Of a stretch of 64,000 nt of DNA, positions 51,471-64,000 are shown piece by piece. The stretch spans positions 1 through 64,000 of the forward strand of contig NW_021836000.1 of the NCBI RefSeq assembly GCF_006345805.1, in the 5' to 3' direction. The DNA is from Octopus sinensis (Eukaryota). The position numbers and the translations under genes were made by a program. The notes under the pieces are model-generated. The model worked only from the letters and a program-made list of their open reading frames with translations. It searched no databases and was not told the origin of the DNA. The number at the start of each line of letters is the position of its first letter. Within the stretch, counting starts at the first letter, position 1.

Positions 51471-52199
51471 AAATGGACTGATTAAGTAATAAAAAGATAT
51501 GAATTGTCAAAATTTTTATTCGGATGAACAATGACGCATGGAAAACTATTATTTTCTCTGATGAAGCATCTTTTCAGATTTTTCATACTAAAAAAAGGCA
51601 ATACTATTATCAAAAAAAAGTTCATGTTGTGAATTGAGCCCTATAACGCCTACAGTAAAATTTGGTGGAGGTAGTGTTATGGTTTGGGGCTGTATCTCCT
51701 ATCAAAGAGTGGACAATTTAGTTTTTGTTAATGGAACACTCGATTCCGCTAAATATATAAATGTAATAACGAATAATTTGTTTGTTTCGGAGCGAAAATG
51801 GGACTAAATCAGTTCACTTTTCAACAAGAGTTGGCTCCCTGTCATTAATCTGCGTTGACAACCAACCAAAAAAATTTAGTAACTGCAAAACCGGTTTTTT
51901 TCTACCAGCACTGTAGTTTTACGTATTTGTATAAATAATTGTAAAAATTAACAATATCTATTTTTAAAAAAAACGAAAAATATTTCAAAATTGACTATTT
52001 TTTTATTGGTGATAACGATGATTTAAAAAAAATTTCAACAAACTTAATGTCTTCCATTTTCAAACATATACTTTTCGTTAACGGGTATGGAAACTTTTGA
52101 TATTATTTATAAAGTTCCAGATGCTTATTATTTCGGCCATTTTTAACAAGTTATCAATTATTGTTATAAAATTAAATTCTAATTAATCCTTGTTAATTC

Positions 52200-52815
52200 T
52201 TTGATTGAGAGGACGAGCGAATAAGCAGGCAGTTTCCGCGCAATATCGCAAGTGAAATGAGCTGAAAAAGCCAGCTAGACTCACGTCTTCCGTTAATCTT
52301 CCTCGAGATCATCAAGCCGATCTCCGAAAGGAACCTTAGGGCTTTTGGGGCGATTATCCAACTCTACGCGAAAGTCAGGGGGACGAAAATGTAGGTGTTC
52401 TCCAATGAGGCGTACTTTGCGATTTTTTTCGTTTCGGCATGTGCGGAGGCTGAGCCAGGGCGGGAGGCAGAGTCGATGAGAGATGACGAGGAAAACGAGT
52501 TGACACAGGTGACGTCCCAAACGAGAGCGAGTCCCCTCTTGAACGGGAATAGCGTGGACCCATCGGGACGTTTTCCGTCACCACGGTCTAACCCAACCGG
52601 CTCCAGGACCAAAAGGAATCCAGCGGCGTCGAGCGCGCGTTTAACAATATCATTCAAGGCGGCATGCCTGGGTATTCGGCCGGCACTGAGGCGACAAGAG
52701 AGGGGGTGTAGCCCTCTCCTGTCAATGACTTTTTCGCATCTGTACTGATGTGACTGGTAAATCTCGATTCCAAGGCGTAGATACAAACCAATGCGGACGG
52801 ATTCGTTGTCCAATT
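52200..52815 (-). mobile_element. CRE retrotransposon 3' fragment
   Basis: RHAALND, RPDG, VWDVT, FQLISLAILRGN. Confidence 0.85.
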
Positions 52816-52849
52816 CGTTGTTTCGGCTTTGGTTTGGGATTTCTTCAGT

Positions 52850-53808
52850 AGTCCAACTCTCGAAATTTGTGTTCTATTAAATTTAAATCAGGGTTTTGAC
52901 AAGGCCATTCAAGTGTTTTGATATTTTTTCGCGTGTCCATTCGCAAACAATCTTGGCAGTATGCTTTGTGCCAAAATTTGTTTACAATAAGCAGAATTTA
53001 TTTTTCATCGATAAAAACGATTCTACCAACGCCTTTGGACAATAGCATTATGTTTCCACCACCGTGTTTCACAGTAGAGAGAATGTTATTTAAATTATAA
53101 CTTTCTCCGGGATAATAGCGTACATATCGGTGTCCTATAAGTTAAATTTGCACTCATTGGAAAAAATTATTGTGTTGAGTTTGGCATTCGACATACCAGA
53201 ACATTTGTTTTAAAATGAATTTCTATTTTCAACGACCCGTCATAAAAGTGGTTTTTTAATTGAGTTTTTAGTAATAAGACCGCCAGATCGTAACGTATTT
53301 GATATATTTTGATACTGTGATCATGATCAATTTTATGCATAATTTTCCTTAGCGTAATGAAGTGATTGATGTCATGATATTTAAAAATATCGGTCTTTCA
53401 GAGCCTACTCTTCAAGACAGGGATTCATTATTTTGTATTTTGGAATGTATTTTTTGCACCGCCGATTTCGAAATCTTGTATTTTGTGGCAATAAATCTTT
53501 GCGATAGTCCATTCCCTAAATTTTCGGCAATTAAAATTTTCTCCGCGTCAGATAAGTGCTTAGGCATTAGAATTTATTTATTTAAATAATGATGAAACAT
53601 TTAATATTTATGTGTCACTTTTTTAATAGAAATAGATATTTAAAAAATTATCGTTAAGACAGATTTTAGAATAAAATAGTCAAATTTTGAGTATAATATG
53701 TTTATCAATAAAAATAACAGTTGTTAGCTTTTGAAATTTTTTGAATGATAATTAAAACCTTAATATATTGCATTATTTTTAAATGGTCACTTTTTCCTGC
53801 ATTTAGTA
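52850..53808 (-). mobile_element. Degenerate Tc1-like transposon
   Basis: MPKHLSDAEK...SQRFIATKYKISKSAV HTH; IIFSNECKF; TVKHGGGNIM...KGVGRIVFID. Confidence 0.75.
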
Positions 53809-54051
53809 TATATTGGAATCCAAAATTATAAGAATTAGAATTCAAACTCAGGTTTACGCCTTTTACAACAAATTCTCAAATATTTTGAACTGCACTGCAC
53901 AAACCTGCTCGTGTTCATAGTACATAACTCACCCCATACTAAGCCAACCCGACCTCCTACATGTTCATGTACCACATTTATGAATCAAACACAGTTAAAT
54001 AACCAACTATCTCAGACTTGACTGACCTGCAATTGACTTGCTAAATTACTA

Positions 54052-55850
54052 CTAGACCTGCATACTACAAAAATAAAAAAAACTGTAAAAAATAATAAAA
54101 ACAAAATCATATCTAATTAATGTCATCCCTATTTTTCTACAAAATAACAAATAAAACAACTTTTTTTTCTCTTTCTTTACAAAAGACGTCTCGACCACAT
54201 TTCCATCACAACTAGACATAGACTGATTAACCGTCTTCTTCCTTTTTACAACCACAGTCTCGACATTGGCTGCATCCTCAGTCACAATGGGGACAAATTC
54301 AGCAGATTCCATCAGCTTCTTTCTCTTAGTCCCCTTCCCGGCCACCATTGGAGACACCTCCCATGGAGAAGGTATCGCCAAGTTCAATTTAAACCTCAAT
54401 TGTCGATATTGACTAAATTAGACATCAAATCGTACTGGTCAATCCACTCTTGTGGGGTTGTCTCATTTCTACGTCCATATTGAAGCAACATTCCATTCTC
54501 TATCAAATGTTTCTTCAATTTAGACTAAAACACAATTTCCCGCCATAAATAGACATACCACATCACCAAGTCCCCAACGACGTGGATATGTATCTCTTTC
54601 CATTAAAACCCTCTTAAGCTTAGCCACTACTCCATGACTACACATCCCAATGTCCGCAGACTCCATTTTGGCTACCCCCAAGGCAACCGCTTCTCCTTTC
54701 GTAGTAACTATTACAACCACACTATCCAAGGTGATTCCTTCATCATATCTCAGTACTCCAGGGGCGAGGACCATTGCCCCATAGCACACAGCATTGACCT
54801 ATTTTGTCATTTTTAACATACAGCTGAATCTTTGATAAAAATACGTTTGTAGGATAATAATAAGCCTTCCATTAGTTTGATTACATGTCTGAGGTATGTT
54901 TCGTTATTTTTATTGTCGTAATACCACTGGGCGTCCAAGACGTCATGGAGAGTCACTAAATTGTCCTTAAAAATAATATTTTGACTAGTAATATACATAT
55001 TCGGTAATTTTTCCTGATTGGACTCTTCTTAGTTCAGTCATTTCTGCCCCTACTCCAAGATGTACTCCAATATGCTCACAAAGTGTACGGATATATGTCC
55101 CTGCTTCACATTTTACAGAAAAAAGTGCTATATAATAAAAATTATATTTACCAATGTTTTTATCCTTGTGGAATTCTAATAATTTTGACTCAAAAATTGT
55201 TCGGACTCGCAACTGTCTCTTCACTGCTGCAATCGCTGGAGGTTTTTGAAAAATTGACCCACGAAAATAAGAAAGTGACTAAAAATATTAATAAAAAAAA
55301 CATTTTGAATTTCCGTGATATTTTTTATGGCTTTATGTAAGCTCATGACACAGACATACTCTTTTCCGGCTGTTTGTTGCGATTTGACTAATCTTGTGGC
55401 ATTTTCTATACACACAATAAGACATCCAGTGACCTAAATGGGCTAAAAATGTCTTATTTGTAACCTTTGGGTCTAATGTGCCAGAATGGCCTGTTTTATT
55501 CACTCTGAGAATTCTCTTTACCCACGCCACTACTTCATGGGAGGACGGATTTGCAGGTTTATCCAAATTAATAAATCCAGATCTATTTTTATAGTATAAT
55601 ATATTAAAATGCCTTATATATTGATCAATTGGTCTGTTTAAAGGGGAAACTCCGTATGGGAGAGGTACGTAGTGATTGGTTCGTACATTTAGTTTTTCGT
55701 AGTTCTTTTTAAATTGAATTTAGTGGGGATTACTTTGAGTAATAAAGGCCATTTTTTGGATTTTAAACGTTGGCCTTTAAGGTTTGGTTCTTCTGTCTTA
55801 AATAGGTTTTATTTTAGATTTTATACCATGTTTTCGTGCTCCAGGTCCAT
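54052..55850 (-). CDS. DKC1: Dyskerin / H/ACA snoRNP pseudouridine synthase (Cbf5), about 10 mini-introns; 3' end approximate
   Basis: WPLLLK|[36 protein letters not shown]|[17 protein letters not shown] domain, [11 protein letters not shown], Lys-rich tail. Confidence 0.97.
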
Positions 55851-55869
55851 TATGTGATATACAACACTT

Positions 55870-55875
55870 CACGTG
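55870..55875. promoter_or_regulatory. E-box CACGTG about 20 nt upstream of the DKC1 ATG
   Basis: Canonical E-box in an otherwise extremely AT-rich intergenic spacer. Confidence 0.6.
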
Positions 55876-56097
55876 CTTAATTTATTTTAATAATTTATTT
55901 AATATTTTTATTTATTAATTAATATTATATATATTGTATAAAATTTTTAATACAAAAATAAATCATATTCTTAATTATTTTTAAAAATCAATGATTAACA
56001 TATAAAAAACGAGTTATAGATATTTACTTTATTATTTTTTATAATTATTCTTAAAAACTATTATATTAAATTAAAAAACATTTAAAAGAAATAAATA

Positions 56098-56665
56098 TTA
56101 TTTATTCCTTGATTTCTTGTGGTTTACTGTTGTCCAACCGGATTCTTCCTCATCAACTTGTTTATACAATTCACGATCATTTTCAATCTTTTTATTACAT
56201 TCCTCCATCTCCATTGGAATAATTCCATAATTTAAATCACAAGACAAATCAGAAATTTTGTTTAGTTCAATATTCAGCTGTTGCCAATTCGTCCTTAAAT
56301 TAAACAAATTAACCACAACATGAGCAACCTAATGAAATAAATTTAAAAATTATTTACATAACGAATCGAAATGTCGTCTTCCTCTATAATAAGGCCCAAT
56401 GAGTCATAAAAGAAGTCACAAATGTCTTCTTTGACTTCATCCTCTGAAAGTGGATCTTAAAGTTAAAAAAATGTCAAAAAAACCTTTAATTAGTTGATCG
56501 GTCATTTCATTTATAAAAATGGTCAATTTATTGTCACAATCATTTTCATTTTTTGCGGCCTTTCGATTATATATTTTATTTTTATGCCTGAAATATATTC
56601 CAGTGTTGGAAAAGTTGATAGATTGATTGTTTTATTTTGTATAATATTTCATTGTCGCAATTCAT
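56098..56665 (-). CDS. TSR2: Pre-rRNA-processing protein TSR2-like, 3 mini-introns (first is GC-AG)
   Basis: QLFQHWNIFQ|AAKNE, FFYDSLGLIIEEDD, VAHVVVNLF, and an acidic tail ending EESGWTTVNHKK typical of TSR2. Confidence 0.7.
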
Positions 56666-56789
56666 ATTTTTAAAATACACCACGTAGCCTATTTTAAAAG
56701 CATGATTTTATTTGATTTAGTTTTACAAAAATATTATTTAATTAAATTTATTAAAAAAATTAAAATGCACGATTGACGTTCAGTTAGCT

Positions 56790-57720
56790 GGGGAATTGTC
56801 TACTGTTGAGCTCTTATTGGCAAAAGCTGGCCTTATGGCTCTTTAGGGCTGGCCTTGTCACGAATGAAAGCTGTGGAAGAACTTTTAAATAAGTGACAAG
56901 ATCGATAAAGGGGAAACCCATTTACCGATGGTGAATATATCAAGTCATGTTTTATTAAAACATGTGAAGAACTATTTCACTATTTTTAAATTAAGACAGA
57001 AATCGTGATTAAGATAATTAATATACCTTTATCGGCAAAAATTGTAGCTGGCATGATTTTTAAGATGTCTTCGAATGTAGTTATTTAATAAATTACTGAC
57101 ACTAAATTGGCTAATTTGATTTCAATAACAATAGATAAATCGTGTGATATAAATGACATTACACAAGTATTTTTTACATATTATATTTTGATCTTTTTGT
57201 TTGTTTGTTGGAGGGTTCCATTGGCAAGAACTTTTGGCATTATTGTGTCTAACGTCAGTAAAACTTATTTAAAAAATGCTTTTTGGTATATGCGAGAATC
57301 TTTCAAACATGGTCTTACAATGAAAATGCTTAAATATAAGTTTTAGGATTTTAGAAAAGAAAATACATCTCTATCGTTTATATAACATCTTCTTTGTGCT
57401 AAACTGAGCAATTTAAAGTTATTCCTGTTTGAATTTAACGCAGCTGAGTTCATAATGCAACTTTAGAATTGATATGTAAGGATTTATTGGTATCAAAGTT
57501 TATTCACTTTTCAGAAAAACCTGAAACAATAGAAAAAAAATTATTAGGTAAAATTAAGAGTGATAAAGATTTATACTAAAGAAACCCGACAATATGATTT
57601 TCAAAAGTCTTAGTACTTTTCCGGATTCTTTTTATAAATTAAAAAAATTTGCATATTAAATTTTAAAAATATCTGGGTCAATTCATTTGTATGAAAAAAG
57701 TTTTTGGACTTGATAATTTT
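56790..57720 (+). mobile_element. hAT (GTF2IRD2/EPM2AIP1-like) transposase relic
   Basis: KPFTDGEYIKSCF, IPLSAK, SITIDKSCDINDITQ, GS..L.EK remnants. Confidence 0.6.
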
Positions 57721-57794
57721 TAATATTTTCTGTTAATTTTTTGTTATTTTATTTGTATATGAATGATTTAAATTAAATAGTATAAATAATAACT

Positions 57795-58746
57795 ATGTAT
57801 TTTCGCTATTTTCATATAATCATCATTACTTATTTAATATGGGGTACAATTGGAGTCATTGGGACAATTTTAATATGGAGCAATAATAGATCACTAGACT
57901 ATGCCGATATCACCCCCAGTTTCAGGTACTATACAATAACGAGAAATGTTCAGTAACATGGATAACATTACACTGGAAAGTTCATTTCTTTTATCAATAT
58001 GGAACAATCATAAACCACTAAATTTCACTTATCTCATCCCCTATATCAGGTAGCATTAAATAACGAACAAATATTCAGTGACATGGCTAACAATCGGCCG
58101 CAAAGTTCATTTTTTTCATTATTTTTTACAATTTCGTTTCTTCACGGTTTGTATTATATTTAATATATATAGCATTGGTTATTGCATATATAATATTAAT
58201 CTATAATCGACAGAAGCTGGAAATCCTTCAAAAACCCCAATTATTGAATAATATATTATTCCTTAATGAATTTATATCGGCTTTTGCAATTCTAATTCCA
58301 ATCAATTTCCAGGTTTTTAATTTTCATTGGGAATTCAATTAGTTTGACCCACTTCGAAAGGTACACTTATTCGGAGCATTCATTGGGTTTTTTGGGAATA
58401 CAATCGGGATTTGTATGCTGGTTAAGGTCGCTAAAATGCTTTACCCACAATTCAAAACTAGGCAGGCGATTATATTCGAGTCGATTTTGGCAATTCTTAA
58501 TGTTATTTCTTTTGCGATGTGTATGTGATGTAAGTTTTAACGTCTAGTTGTCATCTTTTATATTTTATCGAACAGCTTCGACAATAGAGTAATGTTTTTT
58601 TATAAAAATAGAATTTTTATCCTGTAAGTTCATTTTTTGAATGGATGATGCTTCCGCTTACATTTTTATTTTTTGGATCTTACTATTTTGAATTTCGAGA
58701 ACTCTGCGTTGAAATTCGCCTTGTGCGAGAAAAATTACCTGAATAA
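57795..58746 (+). CDS. TMEM150/DRAM (Frag1/DRAM/Sfk1) family multi-pass membrane protein, 6 mini-introns, apparently intact
   Basis: Spliced ORF: MYFRYFHIIII...IPYIS|DMANNRPQSSFF...INFQ|FDPLRKVHLFGAF...VSSFFEW...GSYYFEFR. PYISD, NFQ, H..GA, EW and EF are family hallmarks. Confidence 0.85.
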
Positions 58747-59229
58747 TTAATATTTCTTATATAAAATTTGTTTGATTATTCATTATTATAATGCCACAAT
58801 AACAAAATTTGGTCATTGTAGATATAGAGCAAGTACACTTGAAGCAGATAAAGTAATTGTTGAAAAATATTATAAAAAGTTAGTCCCGACGGTTTGAAGA
58901 CTCAAGTGACCTACACAGTGATTAGATAATATTAAGTTATATGTTTAAGACACAAAACTATGTATTAAGAACTGCAAGCCCGCCTTTATAAAATTAAATG
59001 ATATCGCCAATAAGTTTGCGACTACAAAAGCACAAAAGACTAAAAGATCAACTGGAAATATATAACGAGAAATTAATAATTATGTTAATACTTTGGAGAA
59101 TATTTTCGAAAAGGAACTACATAATAAAATATTGTCAGGAATAAAAGAAATAAATTACGAGCAAAACAAACATCAGACACTGCTCCAAATTATTCGTTAA
59201 AATACTCAGTATAACCTACCCTTGTGTTT

Positions 59230-61100
59230 ACGAAGACGTTATAATTATTTTACAAATTGGCAAAAGGTCTTTGTATTCTCTTCTCAGAGGTTTTTCTTTT
59301 TTTGGATAAATTGTGCCTGAGTCCGTCATTAAATTCTTAGTGGATATGCAACCATGTGCTACATTTCTAATTATAAATCTCGTGACCTTAAATACTATTT
59401 TTATTTGCCTTTCCAATGGGTCTTTGCATATGAGCCAACCATAAATATCTACTTAGAAGGGAAAGACTGAATCGATCATTTCGGATATTAATCTCCATTT
59501 CCATAATTACACTCACTTTTAAAAGTTACATAAAATTTCGATTTCCATTCTCCACGGGAACAGTAAATAAATTCTCTCTACACACAAATAGCTTATTATC
59601 TCTGATTAATAAAATTTAATTATTTAGAGATGTGAAAAATAGATTTTCACTAGGTCTAAATTTCTTAAATTTTCTGTCCTGCTAATTCTGAATCTTGTGC
59701 AAAAATACAAATGCAAAAATTTAACAACTTCATTGTGTCTTTGGAGGTAAGAATAATTGAGCATTCTGTTACATCTTGTAGGAAGAAGGTTTGGTATCTT
59801 CTTAATCCACGCTTGTCGTCATAATCCACAGTTTAGTAAAAGGAGACATGTTTCTATCCCGAGTATCTGATGCTTCCGTCAATTAGCTATGGGAATATAT
59901 GTCAAAAAACATTGCTGTATTGAGCACCTGCGTCAAGGATTGCTACTTTCATTAAAGACTACGCACATTCGAATTATTTTTTTATCAAATTTAAATTGCA
60001 TCCAGAATCTCATACGAAATTTGTATGGTTCCGGTTTTCATTGAAAAGAATTCTGAACAACATTCTGGATTGATTTTGTACAAGCCCAGGATCCCGAGTT
60101 GTGATAGAGTATATGTTTTAACAGTTTTTGTAAATATGAATTCTCGTCCTCACCTAGGTCCTTTTTGGGTGATCCATGCTTTCGCTTTAAGTAAGTGTCT
60201 TCCTTCCTGTAATATCCTCATGTAACCGAGGAGGGAGACCCATTTCTTTGTTTTACCATAGATTTCATCGGCCTTATCTTTTCTTTTGTCAATTCTATGA
60301 TTTCCGTTTTTTATGTTCATTTTTAGTATTCAGACTGACATATTCTTTTGAATTAACTCTTTTAGCTCTTCTTTATTTCAAGGACCGGTCTCGATTCTCG
60401 AAGAGCCGAATCAAAATAGATCACAAACAGAATAAGAGATAATGGAACTCCTTATTGGGATCGAGTATTGTTTCAAACCTTCTCTACAATCCATCTCTAG
60501 TCATCGCTTCTAATCATTTTGACCGTCAAGTATTCAAGTACTTATAGAAGTTTGGTTTTATCGATCAAATAGTGCTTGTTTAGACCACAGGTCTGAAATT
60601 CTCAACCTTACCTCGGGTTTGTGTGGTTTTAAATAGGAGCCGCTTTCCTATTGGTAGGGAGACGTCTCTTCTATAAATTTCATATTAGATACAATTGATG
60701 GCTTTGTACAGTATCTTTGTTCCTCATTTAAATAATTTGGCATTTAGATCATTCGAGTCTGAGATTTTTTTATTCAGGTCTGAGTTTGCAAATATTGTTT
60801 CTTTTGTGCTTATTTCATTATCTAATTTCACAGTTCTAAATTGGTCGTTAGTTTTCTTCAATACTTCGATTTTAATATTATTCCGAAATGTTTTCCTATG
60901 CTGTTTAATACGAAGGCGCCGATCTTTTGAAGTATAAAAGCTGAGATGTTCAATTGCGTTTTTTGGTGTTGGAAGAAGCAGATCGTCTGTTGGGAGTAGA
61001 CTTTGAGACACAACTGAGCTAAATCATCTCCTTCCTTTCCACAAAAAACCGACAGGCGTTGATGTTCAGTGCCACGGACAGTCACAAAGTGACAAAATCT
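59230..61100 (-). mobile_element. Decayed relative of the 36552-40165 RLE retrotransposon (RT core deleted)
   Basis: YLQRHNEVVKFLHLYFC near 59700-59750; N-terminal KTFRNNIKIEVLKKTN resembles the ORF start of the 36552-40165 element. Confidence 0.6.
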
Positions 61101-61489
61101 TCCAATCCTTTCAAGTACAAAGAGGAAACAACGACAGTCGACTTGTCGGACCAACGTTTCGTTCTAATGGAAGCAGAAAAAAAATTTCTACCTGCTTGTC
61201 CTCTTTGACCCCTTCCTTCATGAAAATCCCGCAACTCCAGTGATAGTCTTCATAAATCTATACAAGTAGGGGATTATCATTATTTATTATTATCACATAT
61301 TGAATTGCCTACAACTTGTGCATTCCGTTTATGCCATCCTTTTCATCATCCTCTCTACGAAATTAGTTAGATGCTTAATAATTTGATTAAGAAATTAATC
61401 ACGTGTTTTTGTCTCGTGTTTTGGTAAATCATGATGTTCTTTATATGTAACTTAATCAAAATATCGCTGATAATTAACAATCGTTCCAA

Positions 61490-63000
61490 ATCTCTGAATT
61501 TAAAAGAAAAAATGGCTATTATTGAATACTGCAAAAAACTAACATGTAAAACACACTAAAGTTTTCGAAATATTTTCCTTTCTATTCAAGAAGGAAATCA
61601 AACATCGAAATTTAAATTCTATACCACGAAATTTAAAATTCAAAAATATTGATTTGAGTTAAAGGAATGGGTTAATATGGTTGAAGCCGGAGGTGGCTCT
61701 TATAATGATGCAATCCTCCAGGAAAAAGCAAAGTTATTATATGGAAATGGAAATATGTATTCTAATTAAAATAAAGTATTTAAAGGAACTAATGGCTGGG
61801 TGTCGAAATTTAAAAAACGTTACAATATTTATATGAGAATTTCAGATTTTTGTAGATATTTATACAACCAAACTTCGTGGATGACTTCAAAAGAATTCAA
61901 TTTATGGTTGATGGATATAGATGTTCGGGTAAAGTTATCAACCCGGGAAATTATGTTAATTCCCTGACATTAATGTTAATTTAATCGGGCAAACTCATTA
62001 TTTAATCTTATTCTCCCGTTATAATTTTTAAATCATTCTTGCCGTAATTTTTAAATCATATTCTTGGAGTGACATTTCTTGTAAGACGGTCAACAATTGT
62101 TGGAATAAAACATGCCTCATGAGTAGAATTATTGCTCAATGTTCGTTATATTGCATAGTCCACCGTCATGCATTGATGATGAAAACGATACATGATAATT
62201 TGAAAATTTTCATGAATGTAGTAATAAAAACGATAAACTATTTTAAAGCCAAAGCACTCAATTCGCGTCTCAATTTTTAGATATTTTCTTGATATTTCGG
62301 ATCTTAATAAATACTATTGTTTCTAAACAACCCATTTTTAATTTCAGTTGAAAATCTTCCTTCTGAAAATTGTATAATTCAGGAAGAATTTGTCGACATG
62401 AAAAATGATAGATATGAAAAAAACGTATTCACTGAAGTTTTGCAAAGCAATTTCTGGATTCAGATGGCTGATTCCTATTCAGAATTAGCAAAGATGCTAC
62501 TTTAAGTGCTTATTCCATTTGCAACTACATATGAGTGTGAGACGGCATTTTTAACACTACCTACCATTAAATCAAAATTCCAAATAGATTAGATGTGTCA
62601 AATGAAGAAAATTAATTTTCTTAGTAAATTAGCCAATTTGAGAATTGGCCACAATTTTTGAATTAATTTTGTTTATTTAGAAAAATTACTACAAGCAATG
62701 GATTTTGGAATTATAACAACCTCAAGACTCATTTCATGAGAAGAAAGCTAGAGTACTTAACTGATTTGCTGGAGACTTAAAATATTTCTGTATACAATTC
62801 ATACAAAAAATTGACATTAAAAGATGCAATTTTGTTTGTTAATATGGGTTGGGGTGACGTATCTACTGAAACCATTCAAAATTGTTTTAAGATTTTAAAT
62901 AAATCTAGTCACGAAAATCCATTAATTTAACATTATGACATTGAAATTGAAAGAACTGATATTTTTGATCCTTTAATGAGTGAAGATTTTTTAAATATCG
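61490..63000 (+). mobile_element. Interleaved pogo/Tigger and hAT (ZBED5-like) relics
   Basis: LQEKA, GTNGWVSKFKKRY, SWMTSKEF (pogo); HRHAL, FWIQM...VLIPFATTYECETAF (hAT). Confidence 0.6.
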
Positions 63001-63129
63001 AATGCACATCAATTTTTACAATAAATTAGTACTTATTTAAGACCATAATCTGTTTAAAAAATAACCTAAAACTTGAATGACAGCAGACCACGATTAATTT
63101 GTATAAAATACGTGAATTAAGATATTGGT

Positions 63130-64000
63130 TTAGCTAGACAATAATGATGTTGTCCTTTCATATGCGGATGACATCGTATTAGCCTCACGGGACCAGGACA
63201 TCCAGAAGGCCTCTAAAAAACTCCAAGCTAACTTGGATCGGCTCAACCTATGGCTAACTGACAACCGAATCGTGATAAACGCGGAGAAATCCGCCACCTC
63301 ACTTTTCACATCTGATAAAAGATTGGGAATGGCTTCTGTCGACTTGAAGTTTAACAATGTGTCCATACCCTTCTACAGAAGTCAGACCGTTCTAGGGGTA
63401 ACCCTCGAGATGCACCTTTGCTTCTCCTCGGACACAGACAACCTTCTTTACAAATGCAAAAAAAATGAAAATTACACATCGATAAAACAAAATTAAATCG
63501 CTGCTTTTTCCATGATATGATTATGCAGTGTTTATAAAAACTTATTTGCTTAAATTAATTACAGATCTCTTTGACACTATAAAGGTTGATGAACAGCAAG
63601 ACTCTCACGAATGTTATATATATTTTTTAAAAAGTGAATGAAATTATTTTTGAATAATATTATTTTTGAACACTTGATACTTATCTTTGTGTAATACATT
63701 CCAAGATTTCTATTCACCAAAGCTGAAAAAGTGGCCAGCTAACTTCCTCAGCGGTCGAAGAGGCCGGATCCAACAAAACAATACAAGATCGATGTCACGA
63801 TACTTTCCAAACGGAGTCCCTCAAGGCTCACCCCTTTCGCCAGTTCACTTTAACTTATTCTTATCGGACCTCCCGCTGCCAAACGACAAGGACTTAATCC
63901 TACTATCATACGCTGACAATATTGTGATTTCCGGCGTCATCGGCGAAAAGTCTCTTTCCTTTCTAAAAAAGCTTGGCCGCATGATCTCCCATAAACGGGG
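63130..64000 (+). mobile_element. Two LINE (I/Jockey-like) RT fragments
   Basis: YADDIVL...LNLWLTDNRIVINAEKS...LGVTL at 63130-63460; GVPQGSPLSP.HFNLFLSDLP...YADN at 63690-64000. Confidence 0.8.

Larger units (their letters stand above)
43237..51913 (+). mobile_element. Tc1-like element split into two halves that enclose about 7.8 kb of cargo
   Basis: TIRs CAGTGCTGGTAGAAAAAA(A)CCGGTTTTG.AGTTACTAA at 43237 and inverted at 51913, TA-flanked. 5' transposase half at ~43500-43685 (KYGTADRIPGS...SVCRKTIGTY). 3' half at ~51480-51860 (WKTIIFSDEASF, PTVKFGGGSVMVWGC, FQQE.APCH). Confidence 0.85.

Overview
This is AT-rich eukaryotic (animal) genomic DNA, not prokaryotic. Host genes are split by many very short spliceosomal introns (about 22-34 nt, GT-AG plus at least two GC-AG). 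That architecture fits a highly reduced parasitic metazoan; a dicyemid mesozoan is my best inference, but the taxon cannot be proven from this window. I reconstructed these host genes by hand-splicing: LRRIQ1, a coiled-coil protein, DIMT1, an FN3-repeat membrane protein, METTL23, an unusual Kir channel, DKC1, TSR2 and a TMEM150/DRAM protein. There are also pseudogenes of TMEM150/DRAM, a UBR-type E3 ligase, a class-A GPCR and SMC2. More than half of the window is nested transposon debris: CRE-clade and R4/NeSL-like restriction-endonuclease non-LTR retrotransposons, APE-type LINE relics, hAT, pogo/Tigger, Tc1 and integrase-encoding TGT...ACA (Ginger2/TDD-like) elements. Six observations stand out. 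(i) An 8.7-kb unit bounded by Tc1 TIRs has a split transposase enclosing intron-retaining SMC2 and GPCR cargo. (ii) Integrase DNA transposons with 5-bp TSDs carry host-sized mini-introns. (iii) The Kir channel has lost both residues of the conserved E-R salt bridge behind the filter. (iv) A microsporidia-like retrotransposon sits inside a 24-nt intron with an 11-bp TSD. (v) Myc-type E-boxes and an RFX X-box lie within 30 nt of start codons. (vi) A hAT-associated inversion signature is present. Several single-base frameshifts at homopolymers suggest uncorrected long-read errors. Family assignments rest on recognised motifs, not database searches, and relic boundaries are approximate.
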